A DNA stretch of 64,000 nucleotides from Pseudomonadota bacterium (lineage in GTDB: Bacteria; Bdellovibrionota_B; Oligoflexia; Oligoflexales; CAIMVM01): positions 1-64,000 of the forward strand of contig JBAXBA010000004.1 of assembly GCA_037142195.1 (NCBI GenBank). The letters are read 5' to 3'. This document shows, piece by piece, positions 18,432-28,692 of this stretch; position 1 is the first letter of the stretch; each line of letters opens with the position of its first letter. Below the pieces are notes generated by a model. The model searched no databases, was not told the DNA's origin, and worked only from the letters and a program-made list of their open reading frames with translations. The position numbers and the translations under genes are program-made.

Positions 18432-19424
18432 ATGAAGCCCCTATTCGTAAGTTTGGCGACCCTTCCATTTTTAATAAGTCAAAATGTTGCGGCTGCTGAA
18501 AAAAATCAATCTATGGTTTTTATGGCTGTCGATAAAACAAAGCTGATTGCTGAGCTTAGAACATGGACAGAGGACTTAGCACAGTCGGAAGTTCTGTCTA
18601 AGTTTCCTATCGCTATCGGCAAGGAAAAGGGTGATAAGCTTAAAGCTGGCGACAATCGAACTCCCGAGGGGATTTATTTCACTCAAACACACATTTCACC
18701 GTCGCAAATTCCGGTTGAGAAATATGGACCCCAAGCAGTGCCCTTAGATTTTCCTAATCCTTTTGATCTATTCCAGAATAAAACTGGCTATGGGATTTGG
18801 CTACATGGTGCCGGAAATGACAATCGCATGGCAGAAGCAACCGTAACGGAAGGGTGCGTAGCCTTTTATAATCGCGACATTAAGAAATTAAGCAGCTGGC
18901 TCGTTCCCTATCAAGCGGCTGTTGTGATATCTAGAGATATTGATAGCATAAACAGAGTCGATGATATGCAAAATGTCAAAATGCGCACAGAGGCTTGGTT
19001 GGCAGCATGGGCATCAAAAGATCTTAAGGGCTATTTGGATTTCTATGATACTGAGTTTAACCTTGACGGCCGCAATAGGACTCAATTCAAAGAGTACAAG
19101 CAGAATCTCTTTGCAAAGTATGCCACTATGGATGTGAAAGGTTATGGAATTAGGGTCCTCACACATGAAAAATACGCCGTTGCTGCTATGAATCAAGATT
19201 TCACCGGAAATGGATCTTACGTTTCTAACGGTAGAAAAGTTCTCTACTGGATTAAAGCAAAAGACGGCCAGTGGAAGATTTTGAGAGAAACTTTTGGTGA
19301 GCGTAAGTTTGAACCTTTAGCTTGGACTCAACAGGACTTAAAATTACTGATATCGAGTCAAGCTGGAGATCGCAGCTTGGGGGAGCAGAGAGCCCCTCCC
19401 GGGGGCACCACTAAGAAACTTTAA
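18432..19424 (+). CDS. L,D-transpeptidase (YkuD) with C-terminal NTF2-like domain
   Basis: Signal peptide; GDNRTPEGIY, GIWLHG, TEGCVA. C-terminal W..AW..KDL..YL.FY...KVLYW..WKILRE. Confidence 0.88.
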   Translation: MKPLFVSLATLPFLISQNVAAAEKNQSMVFMAVDKTKLIAELRTWTEDLAQSEVLSKFPIAIGKEKGDKLKAGDNRTPEGIYFTQTHISPSQIPVEKYGPQAVPLDFPNPFDLFQNKTGYGIWLHGAGNDNRMAEATVTEGCVAFYNRDIKKLSSWLVPYQAAVVISRDIDSINRVDDMQNVKMRTEAWLAAWASKDLKGYLDFYDTEFNLDGRNRTQFKEYKQNLFAKYATMDVKGYGIRVLTHEKYAVAAMNQDFTGNGSYVSNGRKVLYWIKAKDGQWKILRETFGERKFEPLAWTQQDLKLLISSQAGDRSLGEQRAPPGGTTKKL

Positions 19425-19500
19425 TTGCATTTTTGTGGTAGTTTGATATTTTTTAAGTCGAGGAAGGATTCTCCTTCCTCGAACTTTTTTTGGAGATTTC

Positions 19501-20466
19501 ATGAAGTTCTTAGTATTTGCTTGTTTGGTACTTTCCAAGGTCTCTTTTGGCCAGGCTCTTTATAAATTGAATGGAAAAGTAGTACAGAAATCAGACCTTC
19601 CTGCTGGAATCGGTCAAAGTTTATTTGAAGCGGAAGTTAAGAATCGCGATATGATGCAGGCGCTCGTTGATGAAGCGATTTTTGCTAGTCATCTAGAAAG
19701 TGAAGCAAAGAAGAAAAACAAGTCCCCCAAAGACCTCGCAGCAGAGCTAGTCAAAGGTAAAAATCCTTCAGAAAGTGACCTCAAGAGTTTCTACGAGAAA
19801 AATAAAGCTCGCATTGGGGCCCCCTTCGAGCAAGTCAAAGGGGAACTCACTAACTATTTAAAAAGTGAAAGCGAACAAAAAGCTCGAAGTGAGTTAGTCG
19901 CTAGCCTCAAAAAGAAGGGTGGCTTTGAATTTCTAGTTCCAGAGATTGAGGCTCCTACTCTGCAAATTAACACTGCTGGAGCACCTACAAAGGGACAAAA
20001 GGGCTCAAAAGTAAAGATCGTTGAGTTTGCTGATTACCAGTGTCCCCACTGCAAACATGCCCATGAAGTATTGAAGAAGTTTATGGGTAAGATGTCAGGA
20101 AAGATTGAATTTGTATTTATGGATTTTCCTATCAATAGATCTGGAATTAGCCGAAGGGTAGCTGAAGGTGCCTACTGCGCAAATCAATTGGGAAAATACT
20201 GGGAGTATCACGACATTGCGTTTGAAAAACAAGATAAGCTAACCAATGAATATCCGCTTGAAATTGCCAAAACTTTAAAACTAGATGAAGCTAAGTTTAA
20301 AGCTTGTATTGATGGGGCAGAGTCTAAAGCATTTGTCCAAAAGTCTTCGGCTGAGGGAGAACGCATCGGGATTTCTGGAACACCGTCGGTTTACTTAAAT
20401 GGAAAGCGGGTGCTAGATTGGTCCGAAGAAGCTTTGTCAAAGCAAGTCGAGAAGGCTCTTAAATAG
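19501..20466 (+). CDS. DsbA-family thiol-disulfide oxidoreductase with N-terminal helical (SurA-like) region
   Basis: Signal peptide; IVEFADYQCPHC; GISGTP cis-Pro loop. Confidence 0.88.
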   Translation: MKFLVFACLVLSKVSFGQALYKLNGKVVQKSDLPAGIGQSLFEAEVKNRDMMQALVDEAIFASHLESEAKKKNKSPKDLAAELVKGKNPSESDLKSFYEKNKARIGAPFEQVKGELTNYLKSESEQKARSELVASLKKKGGFEFLVPEIEAPTLQINTAGAPTKGQKGSKVKIVEFADYQCPHCKHAHEVLKKFMGKMSGKIEFVFMDFPINRSGISRRVAEGAYCANQLGKYWEYHDIAFEKQDKLTNEYPLEIAKTLKLDEAKFKACIDGAESKAFVQKSSAEGERIGISGTPSVYLNGKRVLDWSEEALSKQVEKALK

Positions 20467-20496
20467 TTCTTTAAAAATCTAGGTAAAAGTTTCCTT

Positions 20497-20523
20497 GTAA
20501 TTATTCTTTAAATACTCCGATAG
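20497..20523 (+). promoter_or_regulatory. Possible sigma28 (FliA)-type promoter
   Basis: GTAA-N15-TCCGATAG versus consensus TAAA-N15-GCCGATAA; 27 nt upstream of ATG 20551. Confidence 0.4.
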
Positions 20524-20550
20524 CCCTCAAGTAGAAATGCTTGGGGGTTT

Positions 20551-22764
20551 ATGTTTATGAGGCGCATATTTTTTACATTATTAGGTTTATTGGCCTCTCT
20601 TCATGCCATTGCTGGTGCGGAGACAGACAAAGCCGCCTATGAAGCGGAGCTTTTGCGAAAAGCGGAACGTCAAATTCGTGGCTCTTTAGAAAAATACTGC
20701 CGAGATGCATGTGAATTCTTGCAAGTTGAGGCAGATATAGAGGATATTCTTCAAAATCTTGATGACCTTGGGTTTGAAGGTATGGAGGGGATTGAGTCTC
20801 CATCATTAAGCTTTAAAACTAATAAAATTTGGACAAGAGTTCAAATTGATATGAGAGTCGACAGCAAGAATAGAGACCGACTTACAAGAATACTTCAGGG
20901 ACAGTTAGCGAGTCTGGCTCCTGTTTCGGAGGTTATTTGGGTTGATTTAGCGGTTCCTGAGATAGGTAAGGAAAATACGGTTAAAGCTAGAGTTATAAAG
21001 GGTCTAGAAGAACGACTTTCTCACATTGCGACAGAACTATTTTCAAAGTATTGCCCAGAAACCTGTATTTTAAATAGCGTAAAAGTAGCTGGCGAAACCT
21101 TAACAGAAGAACAAACCTTAAACCTATCAAGCACGGAATTTTTCTTCGATCGGTCTGAAAATTCGTGGCTTAAAGTCAACGATGCCGTCGTCGCCATGAC
21201 CATGTCTGAAAGCATGGATGAAAGTGAAAAGAAGCAAATTGTGGCACTCTTACAAGATCAAGTTTCTTTTCTTTCTGGCGCTAAAGTAGAAGCTCGTTCG
21301 GTGAAGTTTCCAGAAACCTTTGCCTCTAGGAGGCTTAGACTTGAGGCAGAGTCACGCGATCCCTACGGTCTGGATCGCCTCAAAAAGACCATGACACTTT
21401 TTAAGGAATTTTCAGAAGACCGCGAGCAAATAGCTCCTCCCTCATCCCCCTCTCAAAATCCTAATCTCTCTAAGTACATAGTGGCCGCAGTAGTTTTGTT
21501 AGTGGTGGCAGGTCTCATAATTTTGGTAGTAGCGCGATATGGTGCCGTGCAGCGTGAGGCCATGATGATGCGCCAATCTGCGGAATCCCAGAGGCTGCAA
21601 TATCTCGGTGAAGCCTCAAAGCATGAAGAACAAGATCACAAAGAAGAGGAAAAAGCAAAACGAGTTGAAATTGATGAAAATCTTGTTTGGAAGCTTAAAG
21701 CTGACGACCTAAAAGATGAAATCATCGAAATTATCACTAGGAATCCGAAAGTTGCCAGAGAAAGTTTCGGCAGAATCATTGCGGAGGAGGGCGTTGAAGA
21801 AACCTCCAAGTATATACACGTTTTGGGAAACAGTGTTGTTTTCGATCTACTTAAGGACCCCGCCCACAGGCGCAGCTTGAGAGACCTTTCGGAGTACTAT
21901 CAGAAGTCAAGTTTTGACTTTTCTCCAGAAGAAGAAGCGAGGCTTTTGGCTGGTCTCAAAACGAAGGTTTTGGCAAGTGAACTCAGAGTTTTAACTCGGA
22001 GCGATCTAGAGGCTTTTGAGTTTCTTTCTCAAATGGACTCGCCTCAAATCTTCACCCTTATCCACGATGAAAAATCAAAGATCCAGTCTGTGGTGTTAGC
22101 ACAGCTTCCCTCATCTAAGAGAAGGCAAGTATTTGAACTGTTTAAGGGAGAGTCGCGAAGTTCTCTGATGAACGAGCTATGTGATAATGGGGCTATTACG
22201 AAAGACTATTTGGTGAATGTTGCTCGAACCTTAGCCAGAAAAGTAGCGGGGCGTGGAGGTCTTGATCCAGAGACGGCGAGGGCTTCAGATATCATTCAAG
22301 AGCTATTAGAGCGGGTAGGCATAGAGGAACAAAGGGCTTTAGTGAGGAATCTTGAAGTGACGAATCCTGATGGAGCCAGAAATATTAAAATGCGACTGGT
22401 TACATCCTACACTTTAGCCTATATAAAGTCGGGGGCACTTTTAGAAATTATCTTAGATATGGAACACGAAGATTTAGTTATCTTCCTTGCAGGAGCTCCC
22501 GAAGAAATTGCTAAGTTAGTAATTGAGCAAGCTCCCAGTGAATTGGCAGATGCGCTTCTTGAAGAACTTGAAAGTGTCGCTAAAGTTGACGATACTAATT
22601 TTAGGCTAGTAGAACTTAAAGTGCTTTCCAAGCTGAGAAATATGGTCAATTCTGGCAGAGTCAACCTCTTGGAACTCAATGAAGCGATGTTCTCAGAGAG
22701 ACGAAAACTAATTTCTGAAACAACCAAAAGAAATCAGCAATCCGCGGAAAAAGGAGCTGCTTAG
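20551..22764 (+). CDS. Membrane protein: periplasmic repeats, one TM helix and FliG middle/C-terminal domains (FliF-FliG fusion-like)
   Basis: Signal peptide; two KYCxxxC repeats; TM YIVAAVVLLVVAGLIILVVA; FliG-M-like FEFLSQMDSPQIFTLIHDE..VVLAQLP; FliG-C-like NPDGARNIKMRL...DLVIFLAGAPEEI...LRNMVNSGRV. Confidence 0.75.
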   Translation: MFMRRIFFTLLGLLASLHAIAGAETDKAAYEAELLRKAERQIRGSLEKYCRDACEFLQVEADIEDILQNLDDLGFEGMEGIESPSLSFKTNKIWTRVQIDMRVDSKNRDRLTRILQGQLASLAPVSEVIWVDLAVPEIGKENTVKARVIKGLEERLSHIATELFSKYCPETCILNSVKVAGETLTEEQTLNLSSTEFFFDRSENSWLKVNDAVVAMTMSESMDESEKKQIVALLQDQVSFLSGAKVEARSVKFPETFASRRLRLEAESRDPYGLDRLKKTMTLFKEFSEDREQIAPPSSPSQNPNLSKYIVAAVVLLVVAGLIILVVARYGAVQREAMMMRQSAESQRLQYLGEASKHEEQDHKEEEKAKRVEIDENLVWKLKADDLKDEIIEIITRNPKVARESFGRIIAEEGVEETSKYIHVLGNSVVFDLLKDPAHRRSLRDLSEYYQKSSFDFSPEEEARLLAGLKTKVLASELRVLTRSDLEAFEFLSQMDSPQIFTLIHDEKSKIQSVVLAQLPSSKRRQVFELFKGESRSSLMNELCDNGAITKDYLVNVARTLARKVAGRGGLDPETARASDIIQELLERVGIEEQRALVRNLEVTNPDGARNIKMRLVTSYTLAYIKSGALLEIILDMEHEDLVIFLAGAPEEIAKLVIEQAPSELADALLEELESVAKVDDTNFRLVELKVLSKLRNMVNSGRVNLLELNEAMFSERRKLISETTKRNQQSAEKGAA

Positions 22765-22970
22765 AAATGACTTTGGGCGTTTCATATAGCATGATTTCGA
22801 AAGTCCATTTCTCTGAATAGAGTCACCTAGGCCAGAAGAGTCTGTCGACATAGCTAAAGGAAGGAGCTCCACTAAAGGAGAAGCCGAGATAGTACGTCAC
22901 AACTTATCCAAACAAAAGCTACTCTATATGGGTTTTGTTTGGGATTTTAAATATAGCTTTGCTTTCATAG

Positions 22971-22999
22971 TAGTCTCTAAAAAGTAGAGACTATTTTTT
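22971..22999 (+). terminator. Hairpin terminator between convergent genes
   Basis: TAGTCTCTA-AAAAG-TAGAGACTA-TTTTTT, overlapping the stop of the cNMP gene. Confidence 0.55.
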
Positions 23000-23500
23000 A
23001 TCGGGAGAAAGCGCATATTTCCAAAGTAGGCTTTGAGCGGAAATAAAATCTTCATTTATGGTTCTAAATATTTCCGCAAGATAGGCGGTAGTTCTCCTGT
23101 AGAACTTTAACTCTAACTGAGTGCCACCTTCTTTTAGGAAGGCGTCAAAAAAGCTACTCTTGATTTCAAACACCTCAATATCTGAATCAGCGACCACAGT
23201 CGCTGATCTAGGGGCATTGTCAATGAGTGAAATTTCCCCAAATGACTGTCCGACATCGAGATGGGCAATTCGAGAAAGATGTTCCGTTTTTTTATTGTTC
23301 TTAAAAATAGAGGCAGCGCCGGAGATAATAATATAAAGGCCCCGCTGGGATTCTCCCTCCACACAGATTGTGGTGTCGCTTTTAAAGAAATGGATAGTCC
23401 CGCCTTCGGCTAATTTGGCGATTTCCGTATTGCTGAATTCCGAAAAGATAGACACCGCTTTTAGCTTTTCTGCAATGTCTTCGTAATCATACTTTGCCAT
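22991..23500 (-). CDS. Stand-alone cyclic-nucleotide-binding domain protein
   Basis: EGE..RGLYIIISG, FGEISLIDNAPRSATV phosphate-binding cassette; no HTH. Confidence 0.9.
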   Translation of the reverse strand: MAKYDYEDIAEKLKAVSIFSEFSNTEIAKLAEGGTIHFFKSDTTICVEGESQRGLYIIISGAASIFKNNKKTEHLSRIAHLDVGQSFGEISLIDNAPRSATVVADSDIEVFEIKSSFFDAFLKEGGTQLELKFYRRTTAYLAEIFRTINEDFISAQSLLWKYALSPDKK

Positions 23501-23503
23501 CTG

Positions 23504-24862
23504 CTAGCGACCCTTCAAGTTGGAAATCCATTCTACCAAATCAATTCTCGTGAGCATCTGCAAGGGACGCATATTCTGATCCACAACGATAGCTGAACCA
23601 GCATTGAGTAACATTTCTTGCAATGTTGCGAGCGGAGTGTCAGCCGTAACACAATTTGCAGTTTTTCTATCCATAATCGTGGCAATAGGACTGTTTTTTG
23701 CCTGAGCGCCTGACAGCAAATACTCTAGTACTATATTTTCATTAATAATTCCTACCACACGTCCGTCTTCCAAAACTGGAATCTGGGAATAACCCAAGGA
23801 TTGCATGGTTTCAATAGCAGTCTGGGCGGAATCTCGAGAATTTAAAGTCACCACTTTTCTAGGCTTGTTGGAAGTCAAATCTTTTACCGTCCCAGATATC
23901 TCTTCAATGGTTGTAAACCTATTTTCAATCATCCACTTGTCTTCAATGAACTTGGACATATAGTTTCTCACGCTGTCAGCAAGAAGAACTACACAGTTTT
24001 GGCCCTGCTTCAATTCTTTAGCTGCAAACAGTGCTGCTGATAGGGCTGCCCCGGAAGAACCCCCACAAAGCAGTCCTTCTTCTTTGATTAGACGGCGAGC
24101 TAGCAAAAAAGACTGTCTGTCTTCCGTCTTAACCCAGCGATCGACTAGCTTTCTATCTAGAACGTCGGGGATAAAGTCATACCCGATGCCTTCTACTTTG
24201 TAAGTTCCAATTTCATCGTTATCATTGGCTAAAATGGATCCTACAGGGTCTGCTCCGACGATCACACATTTAGGATTTACTTCCTTAATCTTTCTAGCGA
24301 CGCCGGTGATTGTGCCACCCGTACCTGCAGCAATAACCACCATGTCAACCTTGCCGTTTAGGTCCTCTAGGATTTCTGTGGCGGTGCTCGCATAGTGAGC
24401 ATTGGGGTTTTCGGGATTTCCATATTGGTCTAGGATGTGAGCATTAGGAAGCTCCTTTTGAAGGCGCTTCGCAATTTCGATATGACTTTCAGGCGCATCC
24501 CAAGCAGCTTCGGTCGGGGTTCTGATAATTCTTGCGCCGAGAGCCTCAAGAACGACCTGCTTCTCACGGCTCATTTTTTCTGGCATGGTTATGATAACTT
24601 TGTAACCTTTGACAGCTCCCGCGAGAGCGATGCCGATTCCCGTATTGCCGGAAGTGGGCTCAATAAGTGTGTCACCGGGTTTAATACGACCAGAAGCTTC
24701 GGCTTTTTCAAGCATATTGAATGCAATTCGATCTTTTACCGAACCGCCAGGATTAAAAAACTCACATTTTGCGTAAAGATTGCAGCTCAGTTGGCTAGCC
24801 ACTCGGTTGAGTCTTACAAGGGGGGTTTTGCCTACTGCTTCTATAATATTGTTGTAAAGCAT
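23504..24862 (-). CDS. cbs: Cystathionine beta-synthase with C-terminal CBS domains
   Basis: NPGGSVKDR, EPTSGNTG, GTGGT, YKVEGIGYDF, DSVRNYMSKF; C-terminal CBS pair. Confidence 0.9.
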   Translation of the reverse strand: MLYNNIIEAVGKTPLVRLNRVASQLSCNLYAKCEFFNPGGSVKDRIAFNMLEKAEASGRIKPGDTLIEPTSGNTGIGIALAGAVKGYKVIITMPEKMSREKQVVLEALGARIIRTPTEAAWDAPESHIEIAKRLQKELPNAHILDQYGNPENPNAHYASTATEILEDLNGKVDMVVIAAGTGGTITGVARKIKEVNPKCVIVGADPVGSILANDNDEIGTYKVEGIGYDFIPDVLDRKLVDRWVKTEDRQSFLLARRLIKEEGLLCGGSSGAALSAALFAAKELKQGQNCVVLLADSVRNYMSKFIEDKWMIENRFTTIEEISGTVKDLTSNKPRKVVTLNSRDSAQTAIETMQSLGYSQIPVLEDGRVVGIINENIVLEYLLSGAQAKNSPIATIMDRKTANCVTADTPLATLQEMLLNAGSAIVVDQNMRPLQMLTRIDLVEWISNLKGR

Positions 24863-25063
24863 GAATTCTCCTAGGGGGGGGGCTTAGCACCCCATTATGT
24901 AGATTAGTTGTTTTAAGTGCAAGTCAAACGAAGAGCCGGGATGAAGTTCAATGCCAAATCAGATGAGGAACTCGGCTAAAACTGCCTAAACCTGCTGGTT
25001 GACCTGGTTTGCATGAGAATGAAACAATAAGAGTTGTCTATCAGTAAATCAATTTGGCGGTTT

Positions 25064-26137
25064 ATGCTTTTCACTAATAGAAACATGATTGCGATTGATT
25101 TGGGCAGTTCCAGCATTAAAATGCTTGAACTATCAGGATCGCGTGAAAAAAAGATCGTAGCGCTCGGCTTAAAGACCATTCCCGAGGGTCTCATCGTCGG
25201 CGGCGGTATTGAAAATCCGACCGAAGTGGGACAAATTATTTCCGCTTTAGCGAAGCAGCTGGGGATTCGATTAAAAGGCAGGCGAGCGGCGATTTCTATT
25301 GGCGGAACGAGCGTTATTATTAGAAGACTTCTGTTAGACGACGCTTCGGATATCGTCAACGTCGACGATCTCGTAAAGAGTGATTTTGAGCAGCAATTTC
25401 AGCTCGGCATTGAAGATCTTTGCACCAATTTTTACGTGGATTCCGAGAATAAGTACCCGGACGGAAAGATGCCCGTAGTAACGGCAGCTACCAAACAAGT
25501 GACAGTTCAAAAACATATAGCGGCCATTAAATCCAGTGGCCTTAAAATTGGACTTATAGATTGTTCTGCACTGGCTCTCGTAAACGTTCTTGAATATACC
25601 TATGGCAAAGTGCCAGGTCTTTCCGTAATCATTAGCGTGGGCGCGCAATCCACTCAGCTCGTCTTTACGTTGTTTGGCCAATACTACTACAATCGAGATA
25701 TCCCTTACGGTGGCAATCATTACACCGAAGAGATCGCCAGATTTTTGAAAATAGATAAAACCAAAGCAGATAGCTTAAAAATTAGTGCCAATTCAAGTCA
25801 TGGGGAGACCCCAGCAGAACTTATTAAGATTTTCTCAGAGGTCAACGCACAAGTTATTTTCGAAATCGGTGGTACCATTGACTTCTTTTTCTCATCAAAT
25901 GAACTTCCTCCTGAGGTTAGCTCGGTTCAGTCGTTCTTTATAACAGGAGGAGGCAGTCATGTCCTGGGCTTAGATGCTGCCATCGCTTCAAAATTTGGTG
26001 TTTCCGTTAGCATTTTAGCTCCCTTTCACAAGGTAGATTCCGGGAAGTTTGAGATGGACTATGTTTTGTCGCAAGGACATTTCTACGCAAATGCAGTGGG
26101 TTTGGCTCTTCGCAAATTTGAAGATGATTTGGAGTGA
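25064..26137 (+). CDS. pilM: Type IV pilus assembly protein PilM
   Basis: IAIDLGSSSIKM, GGNHYTEEI, ITGGGS, AVGLALR; first gene of the MNOPQ cluster. Confidence 0.9.
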   Translation: MLFTNRNMIAIDLGSSSIKMLELSGSREKKIVALGLKTIPEGLIVGGGIENPTEVGQIISALAKQLGIRLKGRRAAISIGGTSVIIRRLLLDDASDIVNVDDLVKSDFEQQFQLGIEDLCTNFYVDSENKYPDGKMPVVTAATKQVTVQKHIAAIKSSGLKIGLIDCSALALVNVLEYTYGKVPGLSVIISVGAQSTQLVFTLFGQYYYNRDIPYGGNHYTEEIARFLKIDKTKADSLKISANSSHGETPAELIKIFSEVNAQVIFEIGGTIDFFFSSNELPPEVSSVQSFFITGGGSHVLGLDAAIASKFGVSVSILAPFHKVDSGKFEMDYVLSQGHFYANAVGLALRKFEDDLE

Positions 26138-26143
26138 TCATTC

Positions 26144-26797
26144 ATGATTAAAATACAGCTCGCGCCTTATGATGAATTGGAGGACAAAAACTGGTGGGTT
26201 CCCGACGCCATTGCTTTAGTGCTTGCCTTGTTTCTTTCTAATTTTCTAGTAAGTAGTTATGTAGAGCGTCTTGAAAGTGAAATCGTAGAAATCCAAGCTC
26301 AAACCGAAGAGTTTAAAAGAAGTATTGCTGCTATTCAGCCGGAGATAGCTGTTTTTAAGGGTATCGAAGCTAAGATATCAGAATTGAAGTCGGTGATTTC
26401 AGCACTTTCGTCCATTACGGTATCTAGGCTCACAAAATATCGTCCGGTAGTTGTCCTAGAGCAAATTCAAGCATTGAAGCCTGACGGTCTTTGGTTTACT
26501 TCGCTAAAAGAGGATACTATAGGGCGGAAAATTACGATTTCTGGATTTGCCTTTGACTCCATACTCATCGGACAATTTATGTCGGAGCTCGGAGCCACCA
26601 AACTCCAAAGATTTGATCCGACAGATATACGTTCCCAAATTAATTTTTCACAAGTGAAATTAAAGATATTTGAAAATAGTAAATCAGGAAGCGTCTTAGA
26701 CGAAATCCAACCAAATGGATTTTCTAAGTTCGATATATATATGAATTTTGAGGAACGTACAGCTGAAAGCATAGCAGATTCCACGGTTTCTCATTGA
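26144..26797 (+). CDS. pilN: Type IV pilus assembly protein PilN
   Basis: MIKIQLAP (INLLP-like), TM, coiled coil, PDGLWFTSL..ITISG; position in the cluster. Confidence 0.85.
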   Translation: MIKIQLAPYDELEDKNWWVPDAIALVLALFLSNFLVSSYVERLESEIVEIQAQTEEFKRSIAAIQPEIAVFKGIEAKISELKSVISALSSITVSRLTKYRPVVVLEQIQALKPDGLWFTSLKEDTIGRKITISGFAFDSILIGQFMSELGATKLQRFDPTDIRSQINFSQVKLKIFENSKSGSVLDEIQPNGFSKFDIYMNFEERTAESIADSTVSH

Positions 26798-26807
26798 AGG
26801 AAAAGTC

Positions 26808-27614
26808 ATGCAACTTGAAGAGCTAGTCATCAATTATAAAAGAAGAAAGCCCGGGCAAAGGCTAGCGGCAGTGATTGGTGTCGGTCTTCTTTTGCCTGCG
26901 CTCTGGGGGTGGATCAGCACAGATATTGGAGCCATTGAAGGTAACAAAACTCAGGCTACTTCGGAGAAAACTGCTTCTGAATCTGAGCTGCAAAAATTTA
27001 TTGAACAAAAAAAGGATGCGCCGCGCTTAGAGGAGCGACTGAAGTTTACAGAAAATGAAATGGCTGACGCCAAAAAACGCCTGCCCAGTGAGTATTTTAT
27101 CGATTTAATGATTCAAAAACTGGGCGTATTGGCGAATAAGGCTAAGGTTTCATTAAAACTTTTCAACCCAGGTGAAGAGGCTGTCGTTCAGGGGCAAGTG
27201 CCTTATGTGGAAATGCCCATTAAGGTAAAAGTTTCGGGCGGATATAATGAAATCGCGCAGTTTTATGACGCAATTGTTCATTTTGATTCCATGATTCATA
27301 TCCGAAACATGGAATTCAATAGTGCCACCGTCCAAGGTGAAGTGACAGGCCCAAGCTCCCGGTCGGGTGAGCAAAATCTCGATGTCAGCCAAAAGTTTGA
27401 AAAGGAGGTCAGAAATCATCAAGTTGAGGCTTCGATGCAATTGGTTCTATTTCGAAGTATGAAGCCAGACGAGTCATTTGCTGACCATGCTAAAGATGGT
27501 GCTCCTCCGCCACCTGCTGATCCTTCGAAGCCGGGAAGCAAAAAGTCTGGCGCTGCCACACCACCACCGCCGCCAATGCCTCCAGGAAAACAGATTAAAG
27601 ATGGGGGCGAGTGA
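26808..27614 (+). CDS. pilO: Type IV pilus assembly protein PilO
   Basis: TM, coiled coil, KRLP, YVEMPIKVKVSGGYNEIAQF; Pro-rich tail. Confidence 0.88.
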   Translation: MQLEELVINYKRRKPGQRLAAVIGVGLLLPALWGWISTDIGAIEGNKTQATSEKTASESELQKFIEQKKDAPRLEERLKFTENEMADAKKRLPSEYFIDLMIQKLGVLANKAKVSLKLFNPGEEAVVQGQVPYVEMPIKVKVSGGYNEIAQFYDAIVHFDSMIHIRNMEFNSATVQGEVTGPSSRSGEQNLDVSQKFEKEVRNHQVEASMQLVLFRSMKPDESFADHAKDGAPPPPADPSKPGSKKSGAATPPPPPMPPGKQIKDGGE

Positions 27615-27617
27615 TCC

Positions 27618-28667
27618 ATGAAAATTAAGAAATTTGGCCTAGCACTAACTCTATTAATATTGATCTATTCGCGCGCTAAAGGGGAGGGTCATCCTGACCA
27701 TCCAGAGATCGTGGCAGAGTCTAAAGAGAAAGGCTCTAAGGAGATACCATCAGAAGATCCACAAATGCCCGTTTCTGAGCAAGAGACTGAGAAACCTTCA
27801 CAGACGCCTTCTGATTCTAGCAAGGAAGCTAATGGCCAAGTTGGAAAGACAGACCAAGCAAATTTAGGTGCAGAAAATACGTCGGAACAAGCTTGGGATA
27901 GCTCGATTGGCCATGAGGATGCAGGTCGAATTGCCTTGGATGTAACCAACGGGATTAGGATTAAAGATATCGTTCAGCCTTCTGCTGAATATCACTTTGC
28001 GTCATTTGGTAGGCCAGACCCGTTCGTACCTCAAATCCGGCTCAATCGAAAGGATTCCAAGAATTTGAAAGAGTCCGACCCTGGATATGAGGAAATTCAG
28101 GTGACTTCCATTCTCCAGAAATATTCTATCACTGATCTTGTGGTAGTCGGCATTTGGAGTCCAAAAAATGCTGCTAAAAAGGCATTAGTGAGCACACCAA
28201 GCGGGGAGGGAGTTGTTGTGCAGATGGGCGACTCAATTGGAATGAAAGCTGGTAAGGTCATCGCTATTTCAGATACTTTTGTTTCGGTGCGAGAGTTTGA
28301 AATTTCCTTTGATGGCACCCGACAATTTCAGGATCAAAAACTTTGGATTACTGGTAAGAAGCCAAAAGAGAATGAGTTTATTAGATTAGGTGCTCAGGAA
28401 CAAACCAAAGAAAAAAGTGATGGAGTCGAGCCTCAGCGTCCGGTAACGCCGATCGGTTCAGCTTCAAACCCTCAGTTTCCACCTCTTCCCCCGTCTTCTT
28501 CTACAGGAGGAGCCATGAACCCCCAGAGTATGCCGTCGACTTATACGCGTCAGATTTCCGGAGACACCGTTGGGAAACCCTCAGCTAGCAATATGATAGC
28601 ACCGCCTAATATATTGAATGAAAAAACCTTGTTGCCGCCTGCAAGCATGACTGGAGCCGAACTGTAG
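27618..28667 (+). CDS. pilP: Type IV pilus assembly protein PilP
   Basis: GRPDPF, LQKYSITDLVVVGI..ALVSTPSG..VVQMGDSIG..GKV; low-complexity flanks. Confidence 0.85.
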   Translation: MKIKKFGLALTLLILIYSRAKGEGHPDHPEIVAESKEKGSKEIPSEDPQMPVSEQETEKPSQTPSDSSKEANGQVGKTDQANLGAENTSEQAWDSSIGHEDAGRIALDVTNGIRIKDIVQPSAEYHFASFGRPDPFVPQIRLNRKDSKNLKESDPGYEEIQVTSILQKYSITDLVVVGIWSPKNAAKKALVSTPSGEGVVVQMGDSIGMKAGKVIAISDTFVSVREFEISFDGTRQFQDQKLWITGKKPKENEFIRLGAQEQTKEKSDGVEPQRPVTPIGSASNPQFPPLPPSSSTGGAMNPQSMPSTYTRQISGDTVGKPSASNMIAPPNILNEKTLLPPASMTGAEL

Positions 28668-28692
28668 TTAGCCTTTTTTTGAGGATGTCGTT

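Noticed and set aside
24990..25015. Sigma54 promoter upstream of pilM
   Set aside because: GG-to-GC spacing is 12 nt instead of the required 10.
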